Origin: Promethearchaeota archaeon
GTDB lineage: Archaea; Asgardarchaeota; Lokiarchaeia; Sigyniarchaeales; SOKP01
Assembly (NCBI GenBank): GCA_019058295.1
Contig: JAHPZI010000006.1
Coordinates: 79,916 to 143,915 of the forward strand
DNA: 64,000 nucleotides
Direction of reading: 5' to 3'
The position numbers and the translations under genes are program-made. Under the pieces are notes generated by a model, which had not been told where the DNA came from, made no database searches, and worked only from the letters and a program-made list of their open reading frames with translations. Below, piece after piece: positions 50,891-60,170 of the stretch (within the stretch, counting starts at the first letter, position 1; each line of letters opens with the position of its first letter).

Positions 50891-50999
50891 TATAAAACAC
50901 CTTACTTTTCAATTAATAAAATAATTACAATACAAAAAGAAATATTTTCTTAAACTTAAAATTTTCGTACTAGTTCAAAATAAAAAAGAGTTTCTTCCA

Positions 51000-51062
51000 C
51001 TAGAGATTTCGAATAATGGTAGAACCCGACGCAGAAGATTGTTCTTGCGGTTGAAAAACCGC
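51000..51062 (-). promoter_or_regulatory. Structured nusA-rps12 intergenic element
   Basis: Perfect hairpin GCGGTT-TTTC-AACCGC immediately after the nusA stop, plus an overlapping alternative stem. Confidence 0.4.
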
Positions 51063-51536
51063 TTAGTTTTTAGTATTTATTATCACATTGTCCACATCAA
51101 AATGCCTAAGGACTAATTCTTTTATCTTCCTTATCATAGACCCATCCTTACCAATAGCTTTACCTCGGTCTTGAGGACGAACAGTGATAATTACAGTTTT
51201 CTTTTGATTTTTTGAGGATTTTATTTCGATATTTTGTACCTTAATGGAGTTTTTTGTAGTGTTTAAAATAAATTGAATGAATTCTTCAAGTTTTTCTGAA
51301 AAAGGAATTACATCAATCTTCTTTTGAAGTTTTGACATTAGATCTTTAACATGCTCTCCATTTTTTCCAATTGCTTTTCCAACATCTTGCTTTTTTACTA
51401 AGAAAATTATAATTTCCCCATAATTTTCTGGAGATTTAAACACCAAACAATCTTTTATTATTGCACCAGATATATTATTAAACAGAGAGATAAGTTCCAT
51501 TGAATCCCTATCAATCTTAATATTTTTCTTTAACAT
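51063..51536 (-). CDS. nusA: Archaeal NusA (two KH domains)
   Basis: GKAIGKNG and GKAIGKDG; position between eL30 and uS12. Confidence 0.93.
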   Translation of the reverse strand: MLKKNIKIDRDSMELISLFNNISGAIIKDCLVFKSPENYGEIIIFLVKKQDVGKAIGKNGEHVKDLMSKLQKKIDVIPFSEKLEEFIQFILNTTKNSIKVQNIEIKSSKNQKKTVIITVRPQDRGKAIGKDGSMIRKIKELVLRHFDVDNVIINTKN

Positions 51537-51564
51537 TTTTTAAATTTCAAGTGTTACATTATTT

Positions 51565-51939
51565 TCAATTTGCTCTTAAGCTTAATAAATCAGAATCTCC
51601 AGAATCAATTACACCTATTACTGAAATCATATAGGGTTTAGCACATGCTAATCCCAGGTCCCAACTAGAACCTTTGTATTTATAAATGAAAAGTTTATTT
51701 TTCATTAAAGAATTATAGTAGTTTAATTGATTTTCTAATTCTTTAGGACAATTATTGGCAATTATTAACATTTTAAATGGATTTTGCCTTAATTCTTTTA
51801 ATACCTGCTTTTTACCATAAATTATTTTACCAGTCTTATAAGCTACTTTGATATTTGTATCGATATCGAATTCTTTTTTCTTTTTTCGTGAAGTGTCTAT
51901 AGAGCTCATAGCTGATTGGCTTCTCTTTTTAGGTACCAT
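51565..51939 (-). CDS. rpl30e: Ribosomal protein eL30
   Basis: KTGKIIYG, IIANNCP, GSSWDLGLACAKP and DSGDS motifs. Confidence 0.95.
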   Translation of the reverse strand: MVPKKRSQSAMSSIDTSRKKKKEFDIDTNIKVAYKTGKIIYGKKQVLKELRQNPFKMLIIANNCPKELENQLNYYNSLMKNKLFIYKYKGSSWDLGLACAKPYMISVIGVIDSGDSDLLSLRAN

Positions 51940-52045
51940 CAATATTTGCCAAATACTGTCAATTTATTATACATTAAAAAGTAAGTTAAAAAATATCTTA
52001 TTATTATTAATTTTTTTTGAATATTTAGGATATTTCTTTATAAAT

Positions 52046-53239
52046 TTATTTTTTCTTTTTTAAAATTTCTAAATTAGCGTCAAGATCGAACATAATTCTT
52101 GTTCTTCCCGTCCCAATAGGTGTTATTTGCCCTATAATAACATTTTCTGGTATTCCGAGGAGTCTTTCCTCTTCACCATAAAGCCCTGCGTCGAGTAATT
52201 GATTTACAGTAACTTCAAACGCTGCTCGAGCAAAAACACTCGACTTTGAGCCTGAAATGCCATGCCTACCGATTGATTGAATAGTGCCGGTAGTGCACAT
52301 TAAATCAGAAAGGATTAATAGGTGTCTTGTGTCCACATCAAGTCCTTGCTGTTCAAGTACTTTTTGAGACTCTCTAATAATCATATTTCGAGCAGCTTCT
52401 ATGCCATACAATTTCTCAACTTCATGTATATGATTCGAAACCGTCCTTGATACATCTACACCTTCAATTTGGGTCACACCTTGAAGGTTTGTCCCTTCTG
52501 TCTTAATTATCCATTCTTGATTATCATCAGAAGGAGTTAATAATCCTCTTTTTACCCCTCTAATCCCCTTAACCACCTTTTTAAGGATTTTCTCCCGCAT
52601 TTTTTGGAGGCTTTGTAAGTCTTCTATCCCAGGGTCAATTATAACTGAATTTTTTTCTTGTCTAATTGTACCTTTCTTTTTGTATCGCTTTAGGATATCA
52701 GGAATCTCATCTATATCTATTCCTTTCTTCTCACATATCTCAGGGATTAAATTTACCACGATATTCCAATTAACGAAGTCTAGGTCTACATCTGAAATTA
52801 TTTGTTCCATTCTAATTTGCTCAATTCGATTATGAACCTTGATTGCTGTTTCTTCAGATTCAGCATAACCAGGTTCTAAATATACTTCCATCTGCGGCGT
52901 GCTAGGAAAACGTCTGGCATCAACAATCTCAATGAGACGAGGAAGCCCTTGTGTGACGGAAAACTCTTCAACTCCTGCGTAATGAAAGGTTCTCAAGGTC
53001 ATTTGAGTCCCTGGTTCGCCTATTGATTGAGCAGCAACGGTTCCAACAGGTTCGGATGCTTCTACAATCGCATTGTTATAATTAATATAAATCTTGTTTA
53101 ATAAGTATTCTAATTGTTCCTCTTCTAACACTTCGTCTTTTATTTTATCTCTAATTTTCTCAATTAAATCATTTGGTAGTCCATCATCTTCTAATTCTTT
53201 CAATTTTACTTCTAACATTTTTGGAGTTATTTTTGTCAT
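52046..53239 (-). CDS. rpoA2: RNA polymerase subunit Rpo1C (A'')
   Basis: [25 protein letters not shown] and ARAAFE motifs. Confidence 0.97.
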   Translation of the reverse strand: MTKITPKMLEVKLKELEDDGLPNDLIEKIRDKIKDEVLEEEQLEYLLNKIYINYNNAIVEASEPVGTVAAQSIGEPGTQMTLRTFHYAGVEEFSVTQGLPRLIEIVDARRFPSTPQMEVYLEPGYAESEETAIKVHNRIEQIRMEQIISDVDLDFVNWNIVVNLIPEICEKKGIDIDEIPDILKRYKKKGTIRQEKNSVIIDPGIEDLQSLQKMREKILKKVVKGIRGVKRGLLTPSDDNQEWIIKTEGTNLQGVTQIEGVDVSRTVSNHIHEVEKLYGIEAARNMIIRESQKVLEQQGLDVDTRHLLILSDLMCTTGTIQSIGRHGISGSKSSVFARAAFEVTVNQLLDAGLYGEEERLLGIPENVIIGQITPIGTGRTRIMFDLDANLEILKKKK

Positions 53240-53265
53240 TATTGATAGCCTCAATTATTTTTTTT

Positions 53266-56200
53266 CTATTTGCCAATTTTTTCTTTTTTCCATTCTTTGA
53301 ATATTTTAGTTTCTTTACCCCGCCAAATCGCATTTTTTCCAGTTTCTTTTTCAAACTGTTCTTGTAAGGCTTCATTATCTTCACCTTCTTGAGATTCCTT
53401 TTGAGAGCTCTTTTTCTCGGATGCTTTCTTTGCAGGTGCTTTTTTTGCTGGTGCCTTCTTTGCAAGTGCTTCCTTTGCAGGTGCTTCCTTTGCAGGTGCT
53501 TCCTTTGCAGGTGCTTTCTTTATAGGTGCTTTTTTTGCAGGTGCCTCTTTTGCAGGTGCCTTCTTTGCAGGTGATTTTTTTGCTGGAAAACTCTTGATTT
53601 CTTCTCGAATTTTGTCAACATCAAGCGATTTTGCTTTTAATAATAGTACGTCTAAATTAACTGCATTGCCATGATCAGTATGCATTGGATCTATACCGTC
53701 ATCGCCGAATAGAAATTCTATTACATTTTTATCCGAATTACGGACAGTACCATCGTTTTCGATGACCAGATCTTGAAGAGCGTTTACCAGCCTCCTTTGC
53801 ATATATCCGGACGTGCTTGTGCGGACGGCAGTGTCTACCAGCCCCTCTCGACCCCCCATACTATGGTAAAAGAACTCTACTGGATTTAAACCATTCCTAT
53901 ATGAAGAGGCTACAAATCCACGGGACTTTGGGCTAAGATCATTCATTTTGAAATGAGGCAATGTTCTTTGAGTATATCCTCGATTAATTCTTTCACCTCT
54001 TATAGCTTGTTGTCCAACTACGGCAGACATTTGTCCTAAATTTAGGATATTCCCTCGAGCCCCAGATTTTGTCATTATAACAGAATGAGCCTCATCACCT
54101 ATATAAAAAGCGGCAGCTTCATTAGCTTGACTTCGAGCTTCATTTAAGACTTGTCTGATTCTTAATTCTAAAGTTTCTCTCATGGAACGTCCAGGAGCTC
54201 TTTTCAATATGTTTGTATCATTTTCATAGTAAGCTTTAATGAGTTTTTCTGATTCTTTATTCGCATGACTAATAATTTCTTGTATTTTTTCAAAAGCTTC
54301 TCCTTTGACATAAACTTCATCTAAACCCATTGTTATCCCGTTTTTGCGAATGACATATAGAAGCATTTTAGTTGCATTGTCTAAAAATTCTCGTCCTCTA
54401 GCATTACCGTGATCTTTTATGATTCTTTGTAGAATACTATTTGATTGCATAGCCCCAAATGAATTCTCATCAATTGTCCCTGTAACCAATTCACCATTTT
54501 TTATTGTTACATAAGCGTCATAAGGGCAATCTAATTCTTGACAGACATCACACTTCTTACAAAATTTTGATTTCACTCGAATATTTAAATCATTTGGAAA
54601 AAGCGTACTAAAAATTTGTTTCCCTGAATATAATGGCTCAGGATCTGTTGTGAGGGGTTTTAAATTATCTAAAGTGAAATTGGGATTACTTTCAAAAATC
54701 CCTCCTTTATAAAGCAATTTTAGAGTCTCTTTTCTATTATATTTCGATTCTTTACTAGTGAATTGAAAAACACTGGAAATAAAATCTTGGATACCCCCTA
54801 ATATAGGTCCACCGAATCGCGGAGATAAAATATGTTCTTGAACTTTAAGTAGTAGTTCTGCTTCTGTTCGCGCTTCTTCACTTTGAGGAACATGTAAATT
54901 CATTTCATCACCATCGAAATCAGCATTGTATGGCGGGCAAACAGTTAAATTTAGCCTAAAAGTTCTTCCATCCATTATTTTTACTTCATGAGCCATTATT
55001 GACATTCTATGGAGAGATGGTTGTCGATTGAATAAGACTAAATCTCCATTATTTAAATGTCGTTCGACTGTAAATCCTGGAGCAATCATGTCAGCAATTA
55101 ATTTTCTATTTTTGACATAGCGGAGATCAATTCTTCTACGATCGTTCCTAATTATATAATTTGCTCCTGGATGTCTAATAGGACCATTTAATATTAATTG
55201 TTTCATTTCTTCGATATTCCAATCGTTTACATTAGTTGGAATTGTTAAAATTTTTGCTACATCTTGAGGTACACCAACTTCATTAATGCTTATATAAGGA
55301 TTTGGAGATATAACGCTTCTTGCTGAAAAATCAACTCTTTTCCCACTAAGATTACTTCTAAATCTTCCTTCTTTACCTTTCAATCTTTGAGTCAAGGTTC
55401 TTAACGCTCGACCCGAACGATGCCTAGCCGGCGGTATTCCTGAAACTTGATTATCGAAATATGTAGTAATATGATATTGCAGTAGTTCCCATAAATCTTC
55501 GACTATCAGATGGGGAGCACCAGCATCAATATTCTCTCTTAATCGTTGATTAATTCGAATAACATCAACAAGTTTATGGGTTAAATCATCCTCAGATCGA
55601 ATTCCGCTATCTAAAGTAATCGATGGTCTTGCACATACAGGTGGTATAGGTAATACAACAAAAATGACCCATTCAAGTCGAGCATTTTCAGGCGAAATTC
55701 CTAAGATCCTAAGATCAGTATCATTTATTTTTTTTAGTCGTTCTATAATCTCAATAGGAGTTAATCTGCGGGAACCCTTATTCTCCTCTTCTTCATAGAA
55801 AGTGGTTGGCTTTTCAATTATTATTTTTTTCTTAGTTGCCCCACAGTAAGGACAAATTTTTGTTTTCCTTGCCCTTTTGAATACAATTTTTGTAAAATCT
55901 TCATCTCCTTCAAAAAACATCTTTCGATGTTTTGTCTGTTTTTCCCCAAATCGTGTCTTATCCTCTTCTGTGAGCATAAGTTTCGAACATTCTGGACAGA
56001 TTGATCTTAGAACTTTCAATACCTTTTTAGCATAACCCACATGAATTACAGGTCGAGCTAACTCTATATGGCCGAAGTGCCCCATACAATTGGATACAAG
56101 GTTTCCGCAAGTTTGACATCTTTGACCAGGTTCTATTGTTCCTAATCGTTGATCCATCAATCCAGACGGAATAGGTAAACCATCTTCATCATAAGTGTCT

Positions 56201-56304
56201 GCCGTAATTATACGGGCAGCAGACATCTTTCTGATCTCGTCAGGACTTAAAAGTCCAAACTTGATCTTTTCAATCATTTTTGTACGACTAAATGAATAAC
56301 TCAT
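53266..56304 (-). CDS. rpoA1: RNA polymerase subunit Rpo1N (A') with repetitive C-terminal tail
   Basis: NADFDGD catalytic motif, FNRQPSLH, GGREGLVDTA. Confidence 0.98.
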   Translation of the reverse strand: MSYSFSRTKMIEKIKFGLLSPDEIRKMSAARIITADTYDEDGLPIPSGLMDQRLGTIEPGQRCQTCGNLVSNCMGHFGHIELARPVIHVGYAKKVLKVLRSICPECSKLMLTEEDKTRFGEKQTKHRKMFFEGDEDFTKIVFKRARKTKICPYCGATKKKIIIEKPTTFYEEEENKGSRRLTPIEIIERLKKINDTDLRILGISPENARLEWVIFVVLPIPPVCARPSITLDSGIRSEDDLTHKLVDVIRINQRLRENIDAGAPHLIVEDLWELLQYHITTYFDNQVSGIPPARHRSGRALRTLTQRLKGKEGRFRSNLSGKRVDFSARSVISPNPYISINEVGVPQDVAKILTIPTNVNDWNIEEMKQLILNGPIRHPGANYIIRNDRRRIDLRYVKNRKLIADMIAPGFTVERHLNNGDLVLFNRQPSLHRMSIMAHEVKIMDGRTFRLNLTVCPPYNADFDGDEMNLHVPQSEEARTEAELLLKVQEHILSPRFGGPILGGIQDFISSVFQFTSKESKYNRKETLKLLYKGGIFESNPNFTLDNLKPLTTDPEPLYSGKQIFSTLFPNDLNIRVKSKFCKKCDVCQELDCPYDAYVTIKNGELVTGTIDENSFGAMQSNSILQRIIKDHGNARGREFLDNATKMLLYVIRKNGITMGLDEVYVKGEAFEKIQEIISHANKESEKLIKAYYENDTNILKRAPGRSMRETLELRIRQVLNEARSQANEAAAFYIGDEAHSVIMTKSGARGNILNLGQMSAVVGQQAIRGERINRGYTQRTLPHFKMNDLSPKSRGFVASSYRNGLNPVEFFYHSMGGREGLVDTAVRTSTSGYMQRRLVNALQDLVIENDGTVRNSDKNVIEFLFGDDGIDPMHTDHGNAVNLDVLLLKAKSLDVDKIREEIKSFPAKKSPAKKAPAKEAPAKKAPIKKAPAKEAPAKEAPAKEALAKKAPAKKAPAKKASEKKSSQKESQEGEDNEALQEQFEKETGKNAIWRGKETKIFKEWKKEKIGK
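53422..53586 (-). repeat. 15-nt coding tandem repeat x11, (PAK[KE]A)n
   Basis: PAKKS PAKKA PAKEA PAKKA PIKKA PAKEA PAKEA PAKEA LAKKA PAKKA PAKKA. Confidence 0.95.
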
Positions 56305-56583
56305 AGGACGAAAATCTCCATTTTACTTAAAAATTCTGTTGATTTTAAACAAAATACCTTATAATTCATTGGAGAAAACACTCTCTAATAATTTTGAAAC
56401 ATGATATTTTAAAGAATAAGTCAATAAAATCTCCACTGTGAGATGAATAGTACTTTCAAAAATAAAAAATTTACGGTTTTCGTAAAGTTACTCATCAATA
56501 ATTCAACAAAAAAATTCTTTTCTTTTTTTTTAATTTAATAAAAGATCAGTTTTATTTGTTCTAATTAATTGTTCTAACTTATA

Positions 56584-57183
56584 ATGGATAAAATGTCAAT
56601 CTTTAAATTGAAAATAATGAATTTCATTATTCAGTTTTTAATTTTAAGCTTATTAATATATCTCTTTGATTATAGATTTAAGATAGTCTTTGATAATGAT
56701 ATCTCAGGTGCGCGTAAAATTATTATTCAATTTATTGCCAATTATATTTTATTTGATCCAAATAATATAACGGATCTATATTTTATTTATTTTTCATGGA
56801 CGATCGTTTCTCTAATTCCTATTGTTATCTTTAACGATTATAAAAAGGCTTATTCCATGAATTTAACAACATTTTTCTTTCCAAATTTCTTTTTTTATGT
56901 GTTTTTATATAGATATTCACCTAATTATTTTCACTCATATTTTCAAATACTTTTTTTCCAAACGGTTATATTGGGGATTTTTATTGTGTTTTTTTCATTA
57001 GGTCTTTCCTTAATATTAAAGAAAATTAGAAAACCTAAAGAAGAGGCTCTGTATGAAAATTTAAAGGCAATTGAACAAGAAATAAATACAAAATGCCCCC
57101 ATTGTGGAACAGAGTTTAATTCAAGACCTAAATATTGCTACAACTGTTCAAATAAATTAATCACAGAGGAGATACATGAGTAA
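56584..57183 (+). CDS. Multi-TM membrane protein with C-terminal zinc ribbon
   Basis: About 4 TM segments; CPHCG...YCYNC. Confidence 0.75.
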   Translation: MDKMSIFKLKIMNFIIQFLILSLLIYLFDYRFKIVFDNDISGARKIIIQFIANYILFDPNNITDLYFIYFSWTIVSLIPIVIFNDYKKAYSMNLTTFFFPNFFFYVFLYRYSPNYFHSYFQILFFQTVILGIFIVFFSLGLSLILKKIRKPKEEALYENLKAIEQEINTKCPHCGTEFNSRPKYCYNCSNKLITEEIHE

Positions 57184-58645
57184 AACTAATCATAATTCAT
57201 TAGATCATTTATTTAAACCAAAAACAGTAGCAATTTTTGGTGCTACTGAAAAATCCAAACATTTTATGGGAGGATTGGAAATCCAAGGATTTGATAAAAG
57301 TAAAATTTATTTAATTAATCCATCAAGAGACGAATTATTTGGCTTAAAAGTATATAAATCTCTTAAAGATATTCCAGAAGATACAATCGATCATCTGATA
57401 TTAACAATTAGAAGAGAAAAATTAGTAGAAAGTTTAAAAATAATTTTTTCGGAAAAAAAAATTAACACTATCCATATTTTTACAGCGGGAACAGGAGAAT
57501 TCGATGATGAAGGAATTAAAATTGAGAAGGAAATTTTAAATCTTCTTAACGATGAGAAAATTAACACTAGGATTATTGGACCTAATTGTATGGGGTGTTA
57601 TTGCCCAAGAGGACATATTGCTTATTTAAAAAGCTTTCCTCAAGAACCTGGAAATATAGGGTTGATCTCTCAATCTGGAGATTTACACTCACGATTAATT
57701 AAATTTGGAAATCTAAGATATGGTCTTAGGTTTTCAAAAGGAGTTAGCATTGGAAATTGTGTTGATCTTCAAATATCAGAGGTTTTAGATTATTTAAATA
57801 AAGATGATGACACCGACATAATAGGGGTATATTTTGAAGGCTTTTCTAATTTCCATCCATACGAAGGTAAAAAATTACTAAAAGTTTTAAAAACTATTAA
57901 GAAACCGGTTCTTTTTATGAGAGGGGGTGAAACAAGACGGGGGCAAACAGCAGTGCTAACGCACACGGGAACCATTGGAACTGATGAAAGGATTTGGGAT
58001 GCTGTTTACAAACAATCATCTATTATTAAAGTACCAACTTCTTTAGACTCAATTTTAGATTATATTTATATATTTTACACGTATATTAATCGTTTTAAGA
58101 AACAAGGATTGAACATTGATGAAATTCAATATCCTAAAGGGAAAAATACTCTCGTTGTTCTTTGGAGCGGGGGATTCGGCATATTAGCTACAGACACCTT
58201 AATAAAGTTAGGCATGGAGATGCCAACTTTTAAAGGTAAAACTTTAGAAAAATTGAAAAAAATATATCCTATTAAAATTGGTAGCTTATCTAATCCCTTA
58301 GATTTACCTTGGATAGAACAAACTAAAGAATATCTAGAAATATGTAAAGCTGCTATTTCAGAAAATATAGACCTTGTTATAATTGAAACAGATGCAGCCT
58401 CAAATTTAGAATCTAAAGGATTCCAGGCTTATTACTCTAATATATTAAAAATAAAAGAATATGTGGAATCTCAAAATAAATTATTAATATTAGTATTATA
58501 TCAATATCCCAGTGAAAGTCGCAAAGCTTATTATAATATGCTTATTAAAGATGGATTTATTGTATATCCTACGCTTCCAAAAGCCGCAAAATCTTTTCTA
58601 GCATTATATAATTATGGAATGAAATCAAAAGCCTTTAAACATTGA
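57176..58645 (+). CDS. Acyl-CoA synthetase (NDP-forming) alpha subunit-like
   Basis: PKTVAIFGA, GPNCMG, ISQSG, SIGN, THTG (phospho-His) and NPLDL motifs. Confidence 0.88.
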   Translation: MSKTNHNSLDHLFKPKTVAIFGATEKSKHFMGGLEIQGFDKSKIYLINPSRDELFGLKVYKSLKDIPEDTIDHLILTIRREKLVESLKIIFSEKKINTIHIFTAGTGEFDDEGIKIEKEILNLLNDEKINTRIIGPNCMGCYCPRGHIAYLKSFPQEPGNIGLISQSGDLHSRLIKFGNLRYGLRFSKGVSIGNCVDLQISEVLDYLNKDDDTDIIGVYFEGFSNFHPYEGKKLLKVLKTIKKPVLFMRGGETRRGQTAVLTHTGTIGTDERIWDAVYKQSSIIKVPTSLDSILDYIYIFYTYINRFKKQGLNIDEIQYPKGKNTLVVLWSGGFGILATDTLIKLGMEMPTFKGKTLEKLKKIYPIKIGSLSNPLDLPWIEQTKEYLEICKAAISENIDLVIIETDAASNLESKGFQAYYSNILKIKEYVESQNKLLILVLYQYPSESRKAYYNMLIKDGFIVYPTLPKAAKSFLALYNYGMKSKAFKH

Positions 58646-58746
58646 AAGTAAATAGCTATTTTTTTTTTTCAATAATTTCTCAGGGTCTTAAATTATATAT
58701 GAACTATCCCTTTTATTTTAGTAAATTTACTTAGGTGTATATAAAA

Positions 58747-59274
58747 GTGGCAATAATCAACAAAAAAGAAGATGGTAATTCAGATAAATCGAGTAATTTA
58801 ATATCAGAATCAGTTCAATTTATTTGTCCAATATGTAAATCGAGCAAAGTATTAAAGATTTCTAAGTCCGTTATTAAACAAGCTAATTCCTTAACCTCTG
58901 TATCTATACCCTCAGGTTTAATATGCAAGCATAGTTTTCAAGCTTTTGTTGATAAGCAATTTAAAGTACGAGGGTATCAAAAAGTAGATTTTGAATTTGA
59001 TTACAATCCTAATAAAGTTAAACAAGAGATCATTCATAAATTCTATAAAGATAACGAAGAGCTTTTTAAAAATTTAATAATTAAAGGGAATAACCTTAAT
59101 TATAATCCTAACAACTCAAAAGAATATAAAGAACCAAAGCAAGAGAAAGAAGAAAAACATCAACAAAAGAAAGAAATGAGCCTTGAAGAAATATACGAAG
59201 AATTTTGGGAATTTATCGATGGCGATAACTTAGAATTTAAAGAATTCATTATTAATGACTCAAGAAGGCATTAA
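58747..59274 (+). CDS. Hypothetical protein with CxxC...CxH zinc-binding domain
   Basis: CPIC...ICKHSFQAFVDKQFKVRGY. Confidence 0.72.
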   Translation: MAIINKKEDGNSDKSSNLISESVQFICPICKSSKVLKISKSVIKQANSLTSVSIPSGLICKHSFQAFVDKQFKVRGYQKVDFEFDYNPNKVKQEIIHKFYKDNEELFKNLIIKGNNLNYNPNNSKEYKEPKQEKEEKHQQKKEMSLEEIYEEFWEFIDGDNLEFKEFIINDSRRH

Positions 59275-59302
59275 TTATGGAATTATATGTATAAGCAGAA
59301 AT

Positions 59303-59342
59303 TAAAAAAAAAAAAAGAAATTTTGATGGTGAAAAACGCCAT
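59303..59342 (-). terminator. Hairpin plus long U-tract after histone gene
   Basis: ATGGCG-TTTTT-CACCAT followed by a long T run on the minus strand. Confidence 0.55.
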
Positions 59343-59354
59343 TTAGTAATTAAT

Positions 59355-59561
59355 TTAGATTAAACCAATAGCGATTTTCATATCTTGCTGAGTTACTTTC
59401 TTACGACCAGAGTGTTTCGCAATGTCAAGCGCGCAAGCTGTTAGGCTTTTAGCATATTCTTCTAACCAATCCATTAATTTGTCAACTGCGGCACGACTTA
59501 CGATCTCAGCTCCAGCTTTTTTCATTAGAGCCCTTAAAGGACTCCATGCAAATGCAGCCAT
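59355..59561 (-). CDS. Archaeal histone (HMf-like, tailless)
   Basis: PLRALMKKAGAEIVS...AKHSGRKKVTQQDM histone fold. Confidence 0.93.
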   Translation of the reverse strand: MAAFAWSPLRALMKKAGAEIVSRAAVDKLMDWLEEYAKSLTACALDIAKHSGRKKVTQQDMKIAIGLI

Positions 59562-59736
59562 TTTAATATTCCTCCACTAATTATTTTTTTTATTTTGTTG
59601 ATTTTTATTAATTTTGAGACTTAACTATATTTTAATTAGAATTTCTTATATATAAATGTGTTGGTTGGTATTGTATAATTCGATTAATATTTTCATTCAA
59701 TTTTGGTCGACAAAAAAAATTGAAAAAAATTTTTTA

Positions 59737-59785
59737 ATTAATATTTAATTGTGAAATTGAGATCTATTCTATGATCAAAATCTGA
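59737..59785 (+). repeat. 49-bp imperfect direct repeat, copy 1
   Basis: 42/49 identical to 61946..61994. Confidence 0.85.
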
Positions 59786-60170
59786 GGAAAAATTGTACAG
59801 TTATTGAATTTTTTTTTTTACTTCAAAATAATATAATGCAATCTGTCAATGATACCATATTAAATAATGTATGAAGTAAAAGGAAAAATCTTTATTTCTT
59901 ATTTCACCTACTTGATAAGAAAATAGTTTTAATAAGAATTTACATATAATCAAATAATCAGAGAATAGGAAAATTAAATATATATATAGGCTCTGACAAT
60001 AGTATATAACAATTGGGTATATAAGGTAATTCTTTAAATAACTAAGCATCCTAAACTTTAAGATTTTGATAATTTTGAGCTTTTTTATATAGATTATCTT
60101 TTGGGAAAGAAATAAGATTGCCGATTTAATTTAAGACTAAATTAATATAAAAAGAAAAAAAAATATATTA

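Noticed and set aside
59846-60049. 67-aa hydrophobic ORF
   Set aside because: Low-complexity AT-rich sequence with no SD or motif.
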